Of a stretch of DNA of 64,000 bases, positions 1-9,580 are shown in pieces (the first letter of the stretch is position 1; each line of letters opens with the position of its first letter). Origin of the DNA: an uncultured virus (IMG/VR IMGVR_UViG_3300028048_001320) (lineage: Duplodnaviria; Heunggongvirae; Uroviricota; Caudoviricetes). The notes under the pieces were generated by a model that was not told the DNA's origin, did no database searches, and saw only the letters and a program-made list of their open reading frames with translations. The stretch lies in IMG/VR virus record IMGVR_UViG_3300028048_001320. One strand, given 5' to 3'. Made by a program: the position numbers and the translations under genes.

Positions 1-1730
1 GACATATTTTTACCCTTATGTTTTTCTCTATATTCATCAAGAGCATTATCATCTTTAAGATAAATATAAGTATCTTTTCCTTCTGTTATTTTATAAAGCG
101 GTGGCACTCCTGCATAAATATATCCTTCCTCAATAAGCTGAGGACAAAAATTCCAAATAAACGTATAAAATAAATTCTTAATATGCGCACCATCTACATC
201 GGCATCTGACATTATAATTATCTTACCATAACGAAGGTCATTTACATCGTATGTAAGCTTCATTGTCTTAGGGTCTACCTTCAAGCCAAAAGCTTCAATC
301 ATTGTCATAATTTCAGCATTTTTTCTAATCTTATCAAGACTAGCTTTTTGTGTATTTAATATTTTTCCGCGCACAGGAATAACAGCTTGAAATTCATTGT
401 TTCGCGCCATTTTTAAGTTACCTGATGCTGAATCACCTTCTGTTATATATATTTCACATTTACTTCTATCTTTTGAATAACAATCTGCAAGTTTTGAATC
501 AAATTTTAATGCTTTTTCCTTCTTTTTCTTTTCTCCTCTTGCAGCTTCTCTTGCTTTCTTAGCAGCTTCGCGCGCCTTACGTGCATTAAGACCTTTCTGT
601 ACTACTTCCTTTACCTCTGCTTTTGATGCATTTAGATAATCATAAATACAGTTAGAAATTAATTTGTTAGTATAAGTTCTACCTTCCGCAGACGTAAGAT
701 TACCTTTAACCTGACCTTCAAAGATAGGATTAATCATCTTAAAATTAATAATTAAAATTTGTCCTTCTGCAAGGTCGTCGCCTGTAAGATTTTCATCTTT
801 ATCTTTTAACCAACCATTTTCTCTTGCAAATTTATTAATTGCAGTAGTCCATGCAGTTTTAAAACCTGTTAAATGAGTACCCTTAATCTGTGGTACACTA
901 TTTGTATACAGTTTTATAGTAGGTGAATAATTAGTATTATAAGCTATACCAACTTCAATACTAAAAGAACCCTCTTCCTCAGAAAGATATAATGGATGAA
1001 GGATATATTCCTTACCGCCATTTAAAAAGTCAAGATAATCTTTTATACCATTTTCTGAATAGTAAGTCTTTTCATAATTATCTCTTTCATCTTTAATAAC
1101 AAAAGTAAGACCACTATTAAGAAAGCAGTACTCTTGACAAAGTTCTTTTTCTATTCTATTTCTATCAAATTCTTGAGTTTCTTTAAAAATCTCTTTATCT
1201 GGATACCAAATTACAAGAGTTCCATGCTTATCTTTTGCGCACTTACCATCTGTAATCTGCTTTAACATATCTCCCTGAGAAAATTCAACCATTTCTTCAA
1301 TGCCATCTCTATAAGAATATGCTATTGTTTTAATTCCAAGTGCGGCTGCGCACTTGCATCCTATACCATGCATACCTCCAGATGAATTATAACCTGATTC
1401 TCCATCATTTAAAAACTTACCACCGGTATGCTCTTTTCCGAAACAAGCGCCTAATACAGAGAAAGTTTCATCCTGCATACCATGCGGGAATCCTCTACCG
1501 TTATCTTCTATACTTATTCCGCCATCTTTAAGTAATGTGACAGTAATTTTATCACAGTTACCATTTAATTTTTCATCAACACTATTATTGACTATTTCTT
1601 TAACTATATGAAATAAGCCATTAGCGTCTGTTGCTCCAATATACATTCCTGGAGATTGTCTAAAAGGTGTTAAGCCTTCAAGAGTTTTAACTGTTTCAGC
1701 AGTATAATTTGTATTATTCTGTAGACTCAT
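1..1730 (-). CDS. gyrB: Type II DNA topoisomerase subunit B (GyrB/ParE), 3' end runs off the window
   Basis: Manual translation from ATG 1730: MSLQNNTNYTAETVKTLEGLTPFRQSPGMYIG...EIVNNSVDE...DNGRGFP...HTGGKF (GHKL ATPase) and EGDSA, PVRGKILN, MSDADVDGAHI (TOPRIM). Absent from the ORF track because there is no stop in the window. GyrB vs ParE not resolved. Confidence 0.92.
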   Translation of the reverse strand, partial: MSLQNNTNYTAETVKTLEGLTPFRQSPGMYIGATDANGLFHIVKEIVNNSVDEKLNGNCDKITVTLLKDGGISIEDNGRGFPHGMQDETFSVLGACFGKEHTGGKFLNDGESGYNSSGGMHGIGCKCAAALGIKTIAYSYRDGIEEMVEFSQGDMLKQITDGKCAKDKHGTLVIWYPDKEIFKETQEFDRNRIEKELCQEYCFLNSGLTFVIKDERDNYEKTYYSENGIKDYLDFLNGGKEYILHPLYLSEEEGSFSIEVGIAYNTNYSPTIKLYTNSVPQIKGTHLTGFKTAWTTAINKFARENGWLKDKDENLTGDDLAEGQILIINFKMINPIFEGQVKGNLTSAEGRTYTNKLISNCIYDYLNASKAEVKEVVQKGLNARKAREAAKKAREAARGEKKKKEKALKFDSKLADCYSKDRSKCEIYITEGDSASGNLKMARNNEFQAVIPVRGKILNTQKASLDKIRKNAEIMTMIEAFGLKVDPKTMKLTYDVNDLRYGKIIIMSDADVDGAHIKNLFYTFIWNFCPQLIEEGYIYAGVPPLYKITEGKDTYIYLKDDNALDEYREKHKGKNM

Positions 1731-1893
1731 TATTTTCTCCTTCGATTTTTTTCATTATATAATAATTATATCATATTTTTTAAATTTTGTCAAATTTAGA
1801 TATAATCCTCTTCTCTAGTTATTGCAGTTTTTCATTTTTTCTGTTTTTTATATTATACAAAAAAATTTTTTGAATGTCAAGAGGGCAAAAAAA

Positions 1894-1924
1894 TAAGGAG
1901 TTTCGTTTAACACGAAACTCCTTA
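1894..1924 (-). terminator. Intrinsic terminator after endolysin
   Basis: TAAGGAGTTTCG/CGAAACTCCTTA inverted repeat followed by a T-run on the minus strand. Confidence 0.8.
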
Positions 1925-1937
1925 AATGTTTATTATT

Positions 1938-2867
1938 TTATACTGCTTCAGTATATTTTAAATAAATCCAACCAGCGCCGGACTTTAATTTGCCCCAACC
2001 GTCATCTTCATCTACAATAGTAAAGACTTCTCCATCTTTTACGACAGTCGTTACTTCATACTCTGTACCTGGGCCTTTTCTTACATTAAGTGATTGAACA
2101 TCAATTTTAACAAGGTAGCCTGCGCTAGCACTTCCTTTAATTGCATCTGGCTTAACCACACCTGTTATATCTCCAGTTTTTTGTGTACTAAAAATAATAC
2201 CATTTTTATTAGCACCTCTATAGTATAATGTTGAATTAAATACCCAATTTGGAATAGTTGTTCCATCATAATATGTTGCATCAGGTTTTAATTCAATTAC
2301 ATCTCCAACTTTATATCCATTACTTGGAGTTGGTGTAGGTGTCGGTTGAGGGGTAGGCGCGCTGCCGCCACTTAACTTTTTATTAACTTCATCTGCAATA
2401 TAGTTGAATTTACTATAGAGATATGGACCAGGACACTCGGTATTTGCATACCATTTATGAGCATGAAGATTACCACTCTTATCTCCTGTAAATACTAATT
2501 TGCTAATACCATTTCTCTTGCAAATATCTACACATAAATCAATAGTCTTATTAAGTGCTGTATCTGAAACGTGCCAATTTCCACCAATTTGGTCATTAGC
2601 TACTTCAATAGTTACAGCTTTACTATCTATTTCTCTATTTGCTGTTGCCCATGAACGGTCTTTTTCTTCGACATATAATCCAACTCTTCCTTCGCCATCA
2701 ACACCATAGTTAGCACTTGATTGACTTGACTGGAATATATCGCCGCAAGTTTCAACACTAAGATTACCAGCCATATGATGAATTACAATATGTGTGTTCT
2801 TCTTATTGGTCATTACATTTTTGTAAGGACTTATTCTTGTATATGTTACTAATGGACTATTACTCAT
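1938..2867 (-). CDS. Endolysin: N-acetylmuramoyl-L-alanine amidase (Amidase_2) with PT linker and C-terminal SH3b
   Basis: IVIHHMAG, SANYGV, TIEVAN, HKWYANTECPG amidase motifs; LNVRKGPGT...GWGKLKSGAGWI SH3b; start moved to MSNSPLV behind GGAGG. Confidence 0.92.
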   Translation of the reverse strand: MSNSPLVTYTRISPYKNVMTNKKNTHIVIHHMAGNLSVETCGDIFQSSQSSANYGVDGEGRVGLYVEEKDRSWATANREIDSKAVTIEVANDQIGGNWHVSDTALNKTIDLCVDICKRNGISKLVFTGDKSGNLHAHKWYANTECPGPYLYSKFNYIADEVNKKLSGGSAPTPQPTPTPTPSNGYKVGDVIELKPDATYYDGTTIPNWVFNSTLYYRGANKNGIIFSTQKTGDITGVVKPDAIKGSASAGYLVKIDVQSLNVRKGPGTEYEVTTVVKDGEVFTIVDEDDGWGKLKSGAGWIYLKYTEAV

Positions 2868-3255
2868 CTTGTCCTCCATCCTCCTTTTCTTCATCTAAAT
2901 TATCCCACATATAAATTGCGCTTATTGATTTATTATTTTTTAATAAATCTTCAAATTTATTTAATGCTTTATCAACCATTTTACTGAATTCTTCAAAACT
3001 AATAAATAATGCAATACCTGGGAATTTAGTTACAAACATATTATAAACATATCTAAGTTTAAGTTGTCCTGTACCAGAACCAAGTACTTGTTCTGCTTTT
3101 GCAACAGCATATAATAACCATTCTTGAACTTTTGCTATTTGTTCTTCAGTTGGCTTTTTAAACCATTTATAAAGAGTTATAGAAATCTCAGCTATAACTG
3201 CAATAGCAAGAATAATTATAAACCAATATTCTTTAACAAAAACTAAAAATGACAT
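2860..3255 (-). CDS. Holin (LL-H-like)
   Basis: N-terminal TM helix, WLLYAVAKAEQVLGSGTGQLKL motif, overlaps the endolysin start. Confidence 0.8.
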   Translation of the reverse strand: MSFLVFVKEYWFIIILAIAVIAEISITLYKWFKKPTEEQIAKVQEWLLYAVAKAEQVLGSGTGQLKLRYVYNMFVTKFPGIALFISFEEFSKMVDKALNKFEDLLKNNKSISAIYMWDNLDEEKEDGGQDE

Positions 3256-3301
3256 ATATTTTTTCCTCCTTTATTATTTTTATTTATAAAAAAATAACAC
3301 T

Positions 3302-4543
3302 TTACATTTTATCAGCAATTTCAGCAATTTTTGAACGGTGACATATAGGCAAGGTAATTTCACTATAAAAGTTTTGTCCTCTAAAGACTTCTGATACTCG
3401 ACGCATACCATTATTATTACCAGAGTATGTGTCTAAATCCACCTGTGCATTACTATCACCATCAAGAATACATATTGCGTCTTCGCCAATTCTTTGAAGT
3501 GCTAATTTCATTAAATCAATTGTTAAGTTTTGAGCTTCTGTTATATAAATACCTGCGCGCATACCAGTTGTATCAAAACCACGTATATCTGACATTGGTA
3601 GAAGTACAAGAGTTCCTTCGTTTATCATACGTTCAACTTGGGAGCGGTCGCCTAATTTTGCAGAGAGAAAGTTTCCTATTTGAGAATCAAGTAATTTTTC
3701 TGTACGAGAACCAGGATAGTATCCAAGTTTAGCTGAGTCCTTTGTTGCAACTGTATTACAGAAAATAATAATTTTATCAATTTTATTACGTTCAAGGCAC
3801 TCAAATAAATATCCTAGACTAAGATATGATTTACCTGCGCCCGCCTTTCCGCGTAACATAATAAGATGATTATTCTTCATAGCATCTATTGCAGCACGTT
3901 GAAATATATCAAGTGGTTTAACTTCTCCAAACATACTAGATACTAACATATCAAATTGTACTTGTTCATATTTTCCTTCTCTTAAAACAAAACAATCAAT
4001 AAACTTATTATTTTGTTGAATAACAAGATATTGATTGTTTAATAATCCCATATTATCATTATCATAAATTCTTGTGTATAAATCAGATAAGTCTTCGTCT
4101 GTAATACAAGATTTAATAAAATATCCTGTATAATTATCCGCATCTTTATCAGATAGCATATTTGTAGTTAATCCTATGCTACGAGCAATATTATTGCAAT
4201 TAATATCATGCGTAACAAAGATTACAGGGTTTTTTTCAGAATATACAAAAGCTGAAATGACAATACGAGAATCATTATTATCTAATAAAATAGGATTGGG
4301 TTCAAGATAAGTTGAATCCCAATCCTTTTCATAATTCACTATTATATATTGTCCATAATAAAAGTTAAGTAATTTACTTAATTTTTTCGCTTTATACTTA
4401 ACTTCATTGTCTTTTGTTTTAGATGTTTTGATTGTTTCAATTTCGCTTAAAGTTAAATTGCTTATCACAAATGGTTCATCTTTGATATTTTTAAAAATGT
4501 CAATATAACCATTTAATAAGCTGCAAGTATCATAAAATATCAT
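3302..4543 (-). CDS. phoH: PIN-PhoH protein (PhoH2-like)
   Basis: N-terminal PIN-like (YDTCSLL, DSRIV, THDIN); Walker A GKAGAGKS; LGYYPG, RGFD, EAQN, GDSNAQVD. Confidence 0.9.
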   Translation of the reverse strand: MIFYDTCSLLNGYIDIFKNIKDEPFVISNLTLSEIETIKTSKTKDNEVKYKAKKLSKLLNFYYGQYIIVNYEKDWDSTYLEPNPILLDNNDSRIVISAFVYSEKNPVIFVTHDINCNNIARSIGLTTNMLSDKDADNYTGYFIKSCITDEDLSDLYTRIYDNDNMGLLNNQYLVIQQNNKFIDCFVLREGKYEQVQFDMLVSSMFGEVKPLDIFQRAAIDAMKNNHLIMLRGKAGAGKSYLSLGYLFECLERNKIDKIIIFCNTVATKDSAKLGYYPGSRTEKLLDSQIGNFLSAKLGDRSQVERMINEGTLVLLPMSDIRGFDTTGMRAGIYITEAQNLTIDLMKLALQRIGEDAICILDGDSNAQVDLDTYSGNNNGMRRVSEVFRGQNFYSEITLPICHRSKIAEIADKM

Positions 4544-4600
4544 TAAATGAATCTCTCCCATCTTTATAATATATTCTATATAAAAAGTGGGATTACAAAA

Positions 4601-5077
4601 TTAATTATTTTTGTCCTTAGTTAATTTATCAAGCTGTTGAAGTGATTCACCAAGTTGTTGGAAAAAATTATTTCGTTCTTTTTTATCTATACTACGAGAG
4701 CGCACATACATAGAACGTCCTTCAATAGCCATCTTAATATTATAATCATATTCTTGCCATTCAGATATATAATCTTCAATTTCTTTTTTAATAGCATCTC
4801 GTAAACGAATAGCATATACATAGCCCTGTTTTGAAGGCGGCATTGAGGCAAGAAGTCTTTTTATACCTTTAAGTTCGTATTCTTTTCTTTTAATTTTTTC
4901 TTTTACATATTTAATTCTTGCACGATTTTCTGCAATTTTCCCGCCAGTTATAGTTGATGGATTAAACTTATCCTCTTCGGCATTGAAATATGCTCTACCT
5001 TCAAATTCTCCAATTTCAGTAGCTATTGTGACTATTGTAACTGTTGATGAAGTTTCAACTTTTTTTACTCGTATCAC
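4601..5077 (-). CDS. Hypothetical phage protein
   Basis: 158-aa ORF with RBS and upstream promoter. Confidence 0.6.
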   Translation of the reverse strand: MIRVKKVETSSTVTIVTIATEIGEFEGRAYFNAEEDKFNPSTITGGKIAENRARIKYVKEKIKRKEYELKGIKRLLASMPPSKQGYVYAIRLRDAIKKEIEDYISEWQEYDYNIKMAIEGRSMYVRSRSIDKKERNNFFQQLGESLQQLDKLTKDKNN

Positions 5078-5099
5078 AACTTTAATCTCCTTAATTTTC

Positions 5100-5142
5100 T
5101 TTATATATAATTATTATATCAAAAATTTTCAGAGTTGTCAAA
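5100..5142 (-). promoter_or_regulatory. Representative sigma-A-type phage promoter (TTGACA..TGnTATAAT-AT-rich-AGAAA), repeated about 20 times or more
   Basis: Near-identical motif also at about 1755, 8150, 9510, 26740, 29190, 29480, 30615, 33420, 35300, 36150, 37660, 42870, 43680, 49180, 58160. Confidence 0.8.
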
Positions 5143-5143
5143 T

Positions 5144-5701
5144 TTAGAATTTAAATTCATGACGCTCTTCTTCGCGCTTCTTAAATGCTTCTATAATTTC
5201 TTCTATTGATACTGGATAATTTTCATGCGCTTCTGGTGCTACATTATAACCGCCTGCCTCATCCCAAATTTTAGAAAGATGAGTATGTCCGCTAATTGAA
5301 AGCATACGTCTTTCTAATGGTTTATTATAATCATTATTACTTGTCATAGTTGGATAATGACATAAATAAAAACTGTATCCTTTGTATTTGAGTATATGCG
5401 CATGACCAAGCGAAATAAAATTAATACCCGCGTTCATAAGTAACTTCTTACGAGCATCTGTATCATGATTTCCCCAAATAATATATTTAGTACCAGGCAG
5501 CTGTTTCATAAGTCTCATACCTTCTTCGTTATCATTAAGAAAACAATCGCCTAATATATAAAGTTCATCATTCCAAGATACTTTCTCTTTTATATTACTC
5601 AAAAGAGTTTCATTCATCTCTTGTACTGAACTAAAACCACGAGGTTTATATATAAATGACCTATCATGGCAAAAATGTAAATCTGATATAAACCACTTCA
5701 T
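5144..5701 (-). CDS. Calcineurin-like metallophosphoesterase
   Basis: SDLHF, LGD, GNHD, CHYP, GHTH motifs. Confidence 0.9.
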   Translation of the reverse strand: MKWFISDLHFCHDRSFIYKPRGFSSVQEMNETLLSNIKEKVSWNDELYILGDCFLNDNEEGMRLMKQLPGTKYIIWGNHDTDARKKLLMNAGINFISLGHAHILKYKGYSFYLCHYPTMTSNNDYNKPLERRMLSISGHTHLSKIWDEAGGYNVAPEAHENYPVSIEEIIEAFKKREEERHEFKF

Positions 5702-5796
5702 AATTCATACCTCATTTCTTTATTTTATATAAATATTATAACAAAAAATTTAAAAAAAATAAAGGAAGCAATATTTTGCTTCCTTTATAATAATAT

Positions 5797-6036
5797 TTAT
5801 CTATTCCATAACCATATAAAACCAAAAATACTACCAAATACTCCTGCTATACTTACAAGAGTACCAATACCTAAAAATATTACATTTTTATAATCTTCAA
5901 ATCCTAAAGACCTCTTTGTTCTAACTCTTAACATTTCCTTATAATTCTTTAAAAAAGCGCGAATTGCTATAATTGATACAATTCCAGCTATACCAAATAA
6001 AATTATAAAAACAATAGATAATACAATATTTAACAT
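5797..6036 (-). CDS. Small membrane protein
   Basis: Two hydrophobic helices, AGGAG RBS. Confidence 0.6.
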   Translation of the reverse strand: MLNIVLSIVFIILFGIAGIVSIIAIRAFLKNYKEMLRVRTKRSLGFEDYKNVIFLGIGTLVSIAGVFGSIFGFIWLWNR

Positions 6037-6046
6037 ATATACTCCT

Positions 6047-6379
6047 TTATATATTTATTACACTTCCATGTTTACCAGTTTGTCTATAAGTCATTAAAAA
6101 TCTTTTCATAATCTGTGAACCGTCATATAAAAATATTATATAATCTGCGGCAGCGGCGACTCCACGTATCATAGACCCCAGGTCTTTATATTCTTTAGGT
6201 TCATAAGGTAACCCACGATATGTAGCCCAAAGTTGTCCTAAAGGGGCGTCCGCGCATTCTCCTATATATCCGCCAATTACAGTGAAAAGATAATTTCCAC
6301 TTGATTCAATTAAATTCATTAATTCTGCATCAACTATATTTAAATGTTGTTGGCTTCCGCCAATTATCGCCACTTTCAT
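6047..6379 (-). CDS. Hypothetical protein, possibly SLOG/YspA-like
   Basis: MKVAIIGG start, ADAPLGQLWA, ADYIIFLYDG pattern. Confidence 0.45.
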   Translation of the reverse strand: MKVAIIGGSQQHLNIVDAELMNLIESSGNYLFTVIGGYIGECADAPLGQLWATYRGLPYEPKEYKDLGSMIRGVAAAADYIIFLYDGSQIMKRFLMTYRQTGKHGSVINI

Positions 6380-6385
6380 CGCTAA

Positions 6386-7174
6386 TTAAAAAAGATACTC
6401 TTCAGCTTCTTCTCTTGTCATAAAGAAATGAATACCTTCTCCACATTGACTATTATACGCACAATCAAAATTATAAACTGTAAATTCATCTCCTACATAA
6501 TACGACATATCTTTAAAATGAGATATAGCTCTTTTTGCTCCATCAATAGCAATTACTTTTGCTTTATTTGTTCTGCACTTGCTTCCATTAATAGAAAAGA
6601 CAATAGCTCCTCTTGGGATTTTCAATGTAACTATTACATCATCTTGACATTTTTTATATCCAATTATATCTTCTGTAAGTATTTTTCCTTTACGATATTC
6701 AATTAATTTACCATCAGCCCATTTAAGAGTTGTACCATAACTAAGGTTACAATTATTAAAATCAGCATTATAAATTTTTGATTCATTTAAATTTGCACCA
6801 CAAATATAGGCTCCTAAAAACTTTCCACCACAAAGATTTGCGTAGATAAAATCTGTGTGATAAAGTCGCGCTTCTGAAAAATTAGCTTCGTAAAGATTAG
6901 CTTTATTGAAATAAGTAAAACTAATATCTGCTTGGCTAAAATTAGCAAAGCGAATATCGGCTTGGCTAAAATTTGTTTCGTGTATAACTGCTTTATGAAA
7001 ATTAACACATCTAAGGTCCATTCCACTAAAATCTATATCACTAAGATTAGCTTCAGATAAATTAGCTTTCATATTTTCCCATCCTTCACAGTCTGCATTA
7101 AGCCAGTGAAGATGGTCTTCAAGAATTATTGAAAGTGGTTTGCCATTTATTATTACTTTATCCAGTTTTCTCAT
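6386..7174 (-). CDS. Pentapeptide-repeat protein with C-terminal phage domain (DUF5758-like)
   Basis: A(N/D)(L/F)xx repeats; IGYKKC...KCRTNKAKV...CGEGIHFF tail. Confidence 0.88.
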   Translation of the reverse strand: MRKLDKVIINGKPLSIILEDHLHWLNADCEGWENMKANLSEANLSDIDFSGMDLRCVNFHKAVIHETNFSQADIRFANFSQADISFTYFNKANLYEANFSEARLYHTDFIYANLCGGKFLGAYICGANLNESKIYNADFNNCNLSYGTTLKWADGKLIEYRKGKILTEDIIGYKKCQDDVIVTLKIPRGAIVFSINGSKCRTNKAKVIAIDGAKRAISHFKDMSYYVGDEFTVYNFDCAYNSQCGEGIHFFMTREEAEEYLF

Positions 7175-7193
7175 GTACTTTATCCTTTCATTT

Positions 7194-7655
7194 TTATATA
7201 TAAACTATTCTATTAATATAAGTTTCAACTACAGGATTCGGCGCTCTATAGTTATTTTTCATATTATACATTGTTTTATCAGGCACTCTAACTATTCCTT
7301 CTCTTGCAGCATTTCTTTTAAAACATACTTCAAAAGGAGTTCTCATTATAACTACACATATCTCATCAGGTACGACTGCAAGGTTATCCAGCAGCTTTCG
7401 TCTACTTCCAACGGTTAAATGTGTAGCGTCCGCAATTACAGTTTTTTCATCTAACAAGTGTTTATCTATTCTATTGCAAAACTCTTTATACACTTCAAAT
7501 TCATGGTCAAAATAATGTTTCTGGTCAGTTACATATTCATATCTTACTTCATCTCTTGAAACATATTCCCAATTAGGATTTAGTTCAAGAAGTTTTTTCG
7601 CATATGTACTTTTACCTGAACCGGGCAATCCAACCATTATTACTAATCTATTCAT
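7194..7655 (-). CDS. Polynucleotide kinase-like P-loop kinase (AAA_33)
   Basis: MVGLPGSGKST, SRDEVR, ADATH, RNAARE. Confidence 0.85.
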   Translation of the reverse strand: MNRLVIMVGLPGSGKSTYAKKLLELNPNWEYVSRDEVRYEYVTDQKHYFDHEFEVYKEFCNRIDKHLLDEKTVIADATHLTVGSRRKLLDNLAVVPDEICVVIMRTPFEVCFKRNAAREGIVRVPDKTMYNMKNNYRAPNPVVETYINRIVYI

Positions 7656-7947
7656 TAACATCACCTTTCTTTTCTAAATTATTCATTTTAATTTTAAAAT
7701 CACTAAAACTTAATATTCTCATTCCTTTTTTATTAAAATTACCATTTTCATATTCCCAATAGAAATCTTCTCTTGTATAACTTGAACCAAAACCTTTAAC
7801 TTCTACCATGTTTACTTTTCTTTTACAATAGATACAATACATACGTTTCAAATGACCTGGCTCGCGCTCGCGCCCTGACTTTCGCGGAACTGGGATATTT
7901 TTTCTACCACATTGAGTACAATACATATCACTATAAGTCATATTCAT
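7648..7947 (-). CDS. Zn-ribbon protein
   Basis: CTQC ... CIYC. Confidence 0.6.
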   Translation of the reverse strand: MNMTYSDMYCTQCGRKNIPVPRKSGREREPGHLKRMYCIYCKRKVNMVEVKGFGSSYTREDFYWEYENGNFNKKGMRILSFSDFKIKMNNLEKKGDVNE

Positions 7948-7949
7948 AT

Positions 7950-8120
7950 TTAATTATCCTCCTTTTTAATAGGATAAAAATATTCACAATGATTTTTATC
8001 TGCTTGATAAAATAATGACACTGTATAAATACCAGCTGGGCGACTTTGCGCGCGTACGCAATTATCTTTTAATGGACAATTCTCACTATTTCCACAATAA
8101 CAAATGTCATATTCAAACAT
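7950..8120 (-). CDS. Small Cys-rich protein
   Basis: Manual: MFEYDICYCGNSENCPLKDNCVRA...CEYFYP; GAGGTG RBS. Confidence 0.6.
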   Translation of the reverse strand: MFEYDICYCGNSENCPLKDNCVRAQSRPAGIYTVSLFYQADKNHCEYFYPIKKEDN

Positions 8121-8237
8121 ATTAATAACACCTCATTTCTTTTTTATTTTATATATATATTATAACAAAATTTTTAAATTTTTGCAATAAAAATTGTCAC
8201 GATTTTTATATAAAAATCGTGACAAAATTTTATAAAA

Positions 8238-9488
8238 TTATCCATGATATTTTGCTAAAAATTCATTTGATACTGCTTTGAATGAACGCTCGCCGCGTCT
8301 ATCTCTAAAGACAATTCCCTCTCTCATTTCATGGTCGAGTGCAGACTCTCCAGTTGCCTGAAGAAGTAAAGTATCGCAATCCATTGGTAGTTTATAAAGT
8401 TCACTGATGATTGGAACACAGGGTACTCCATAAGGAGTAAGAGTATCAGTCATTTCACGAGGATTTAAACGTACAGAGCGCCCATTCTTATATCCATAAA
8501 TAAGATTGAAAGCCATAAAGTCATGGTATCCACTTGGAACAGAGTAAGTTCTTTTCTGTATACCATCGCCATAAGTCTCACCCTGAATAGTAACGAAATC
8601 AAGGTTAGGATTCTTCTTTAAAAGCATTTCTAACACATTCTGTATATTATACTTAACAGCCATCTCAATATATACATTAGACTCATAAAAACACTTATTT
8701 ATTCTTTCAGGTGTATCAAAGCATACATTTCTTGAACAAACATAAAACTCTGGCTTATGAAAAAGTTTACCACGACGTACAGTAAATGTAGTGCTGGTTC
8801 CATCTATTTTTTCTGTAGCAAACCATTCTGTATCATGCCAGTCTTTATCTGTAAATAACCAAGGCATGTTCTGACATCTCTCTTCATCAGTTTTCTTAAC
8901 CCATGAAGGCCATCCGCCATTTTTATCCTTCTTCTTTCCAAAAAAGAAGAACATTATCTCCTTACCCCATTTACGATTCATCATCCATCTTGCCCATTTC
9001 TTTTTAAATATATTTGGATGACGCTGTGCCATTTTCTTATATTTATCTACAGATGGTGCTTTACGCTTATTATCTTCAGCAACCGCATAAATTATACCAA
9101 GTTGTTTTGTAAGAAAACGAGATTCTTCATCTACTCTATGAAATGTTCCTTTATCATCTTTTAAAACATTATTATGCTGTCCTTCAACTACTTCCCATCC
9201 AAAATCAGATGGATGCATAAGAAGTCCCTGTGAATAAAAAGTCTTAAATTTCTGAGTTTTAATCTTAAAATGATATTTTGCAAGAAAATCGAAAGGTGAA
9301 GTCTCTGGTGTCTGTGAATCAATTTCGATATAGATACCTATATCACCAGGTTTAAATTGTCCTTTCTTTACCATTGTGCGCCAGCCGCCTATAACAGCCG
9401 CCTCAACCCTATCTTTACCTTCTATTGGCTCTATTGCATCAACTGTCACAAGATAAGCTAATTCTCTTTCATTATCTTTATTTAACAT
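8238..9488 (-). CDS. RNA ligase, Rnl2/DRB0094 family, with N-terminal OB-like domain
   Basis: Motifs I TEKIDGTS, III QGETYG, IIIa AFNL, IV EGIVF, V FKAVS; N-terminus LAYLVTVDAIEPIEGKDRVE. Confidence 0.9.
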   Translation of the reverse strand: MLNKDNERELAYLVTVDAIEPIEGKDRVEAAVIGGWRTMVKKGQFKPGDIGIYIEIDSQTPETSPFDFLAKYHFKIKTQKFKTFYSQGLLMHPSDFGWEVVEGQHNNVLKDDKGTFHRVDEESRFLTKQLGIIYAVAEDNKRKAPSVDKYKKMAQRHPNIFKKKWARWMMNRKWGKEIMFFFFGKKKDKNGGWPSWVKKTDEERCQNMPWLFTDKDWHDTEWFATEKIDGTSTTFTVRRGKLFHKPEFYVCSRNVCFDTPERINKCFYESNVYIEMAVKYNIQNVLEMLLKKNPNLDFVTIQGETYGDGIQKRTYSVPSGYHDFMAFNLIYGYKNGRSVRLNPREMTDTLTPYGVPCVPIISELYKLPMDCDTLLLQATGESALDHEMREGIVFRDRRGERSFKAVSNEFLAKYHG

Positions 9489-9556
9489 TATTTATCACCT
9501 CTTTTTCATTTTCTATAATAATTATAACAAAATTTTTAAAAAATTACAATAAAAAA

Positions 9557-9580
9557 AAGAGAGCGCGTTTGCGCTCTCTT
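9557..9580 (-). terminator. Intrinsic terminator ending the tail gene block
   Basis: AAGAGAGCGC/GCGCTCTCTT plus T-run. Confidence 0.8.
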
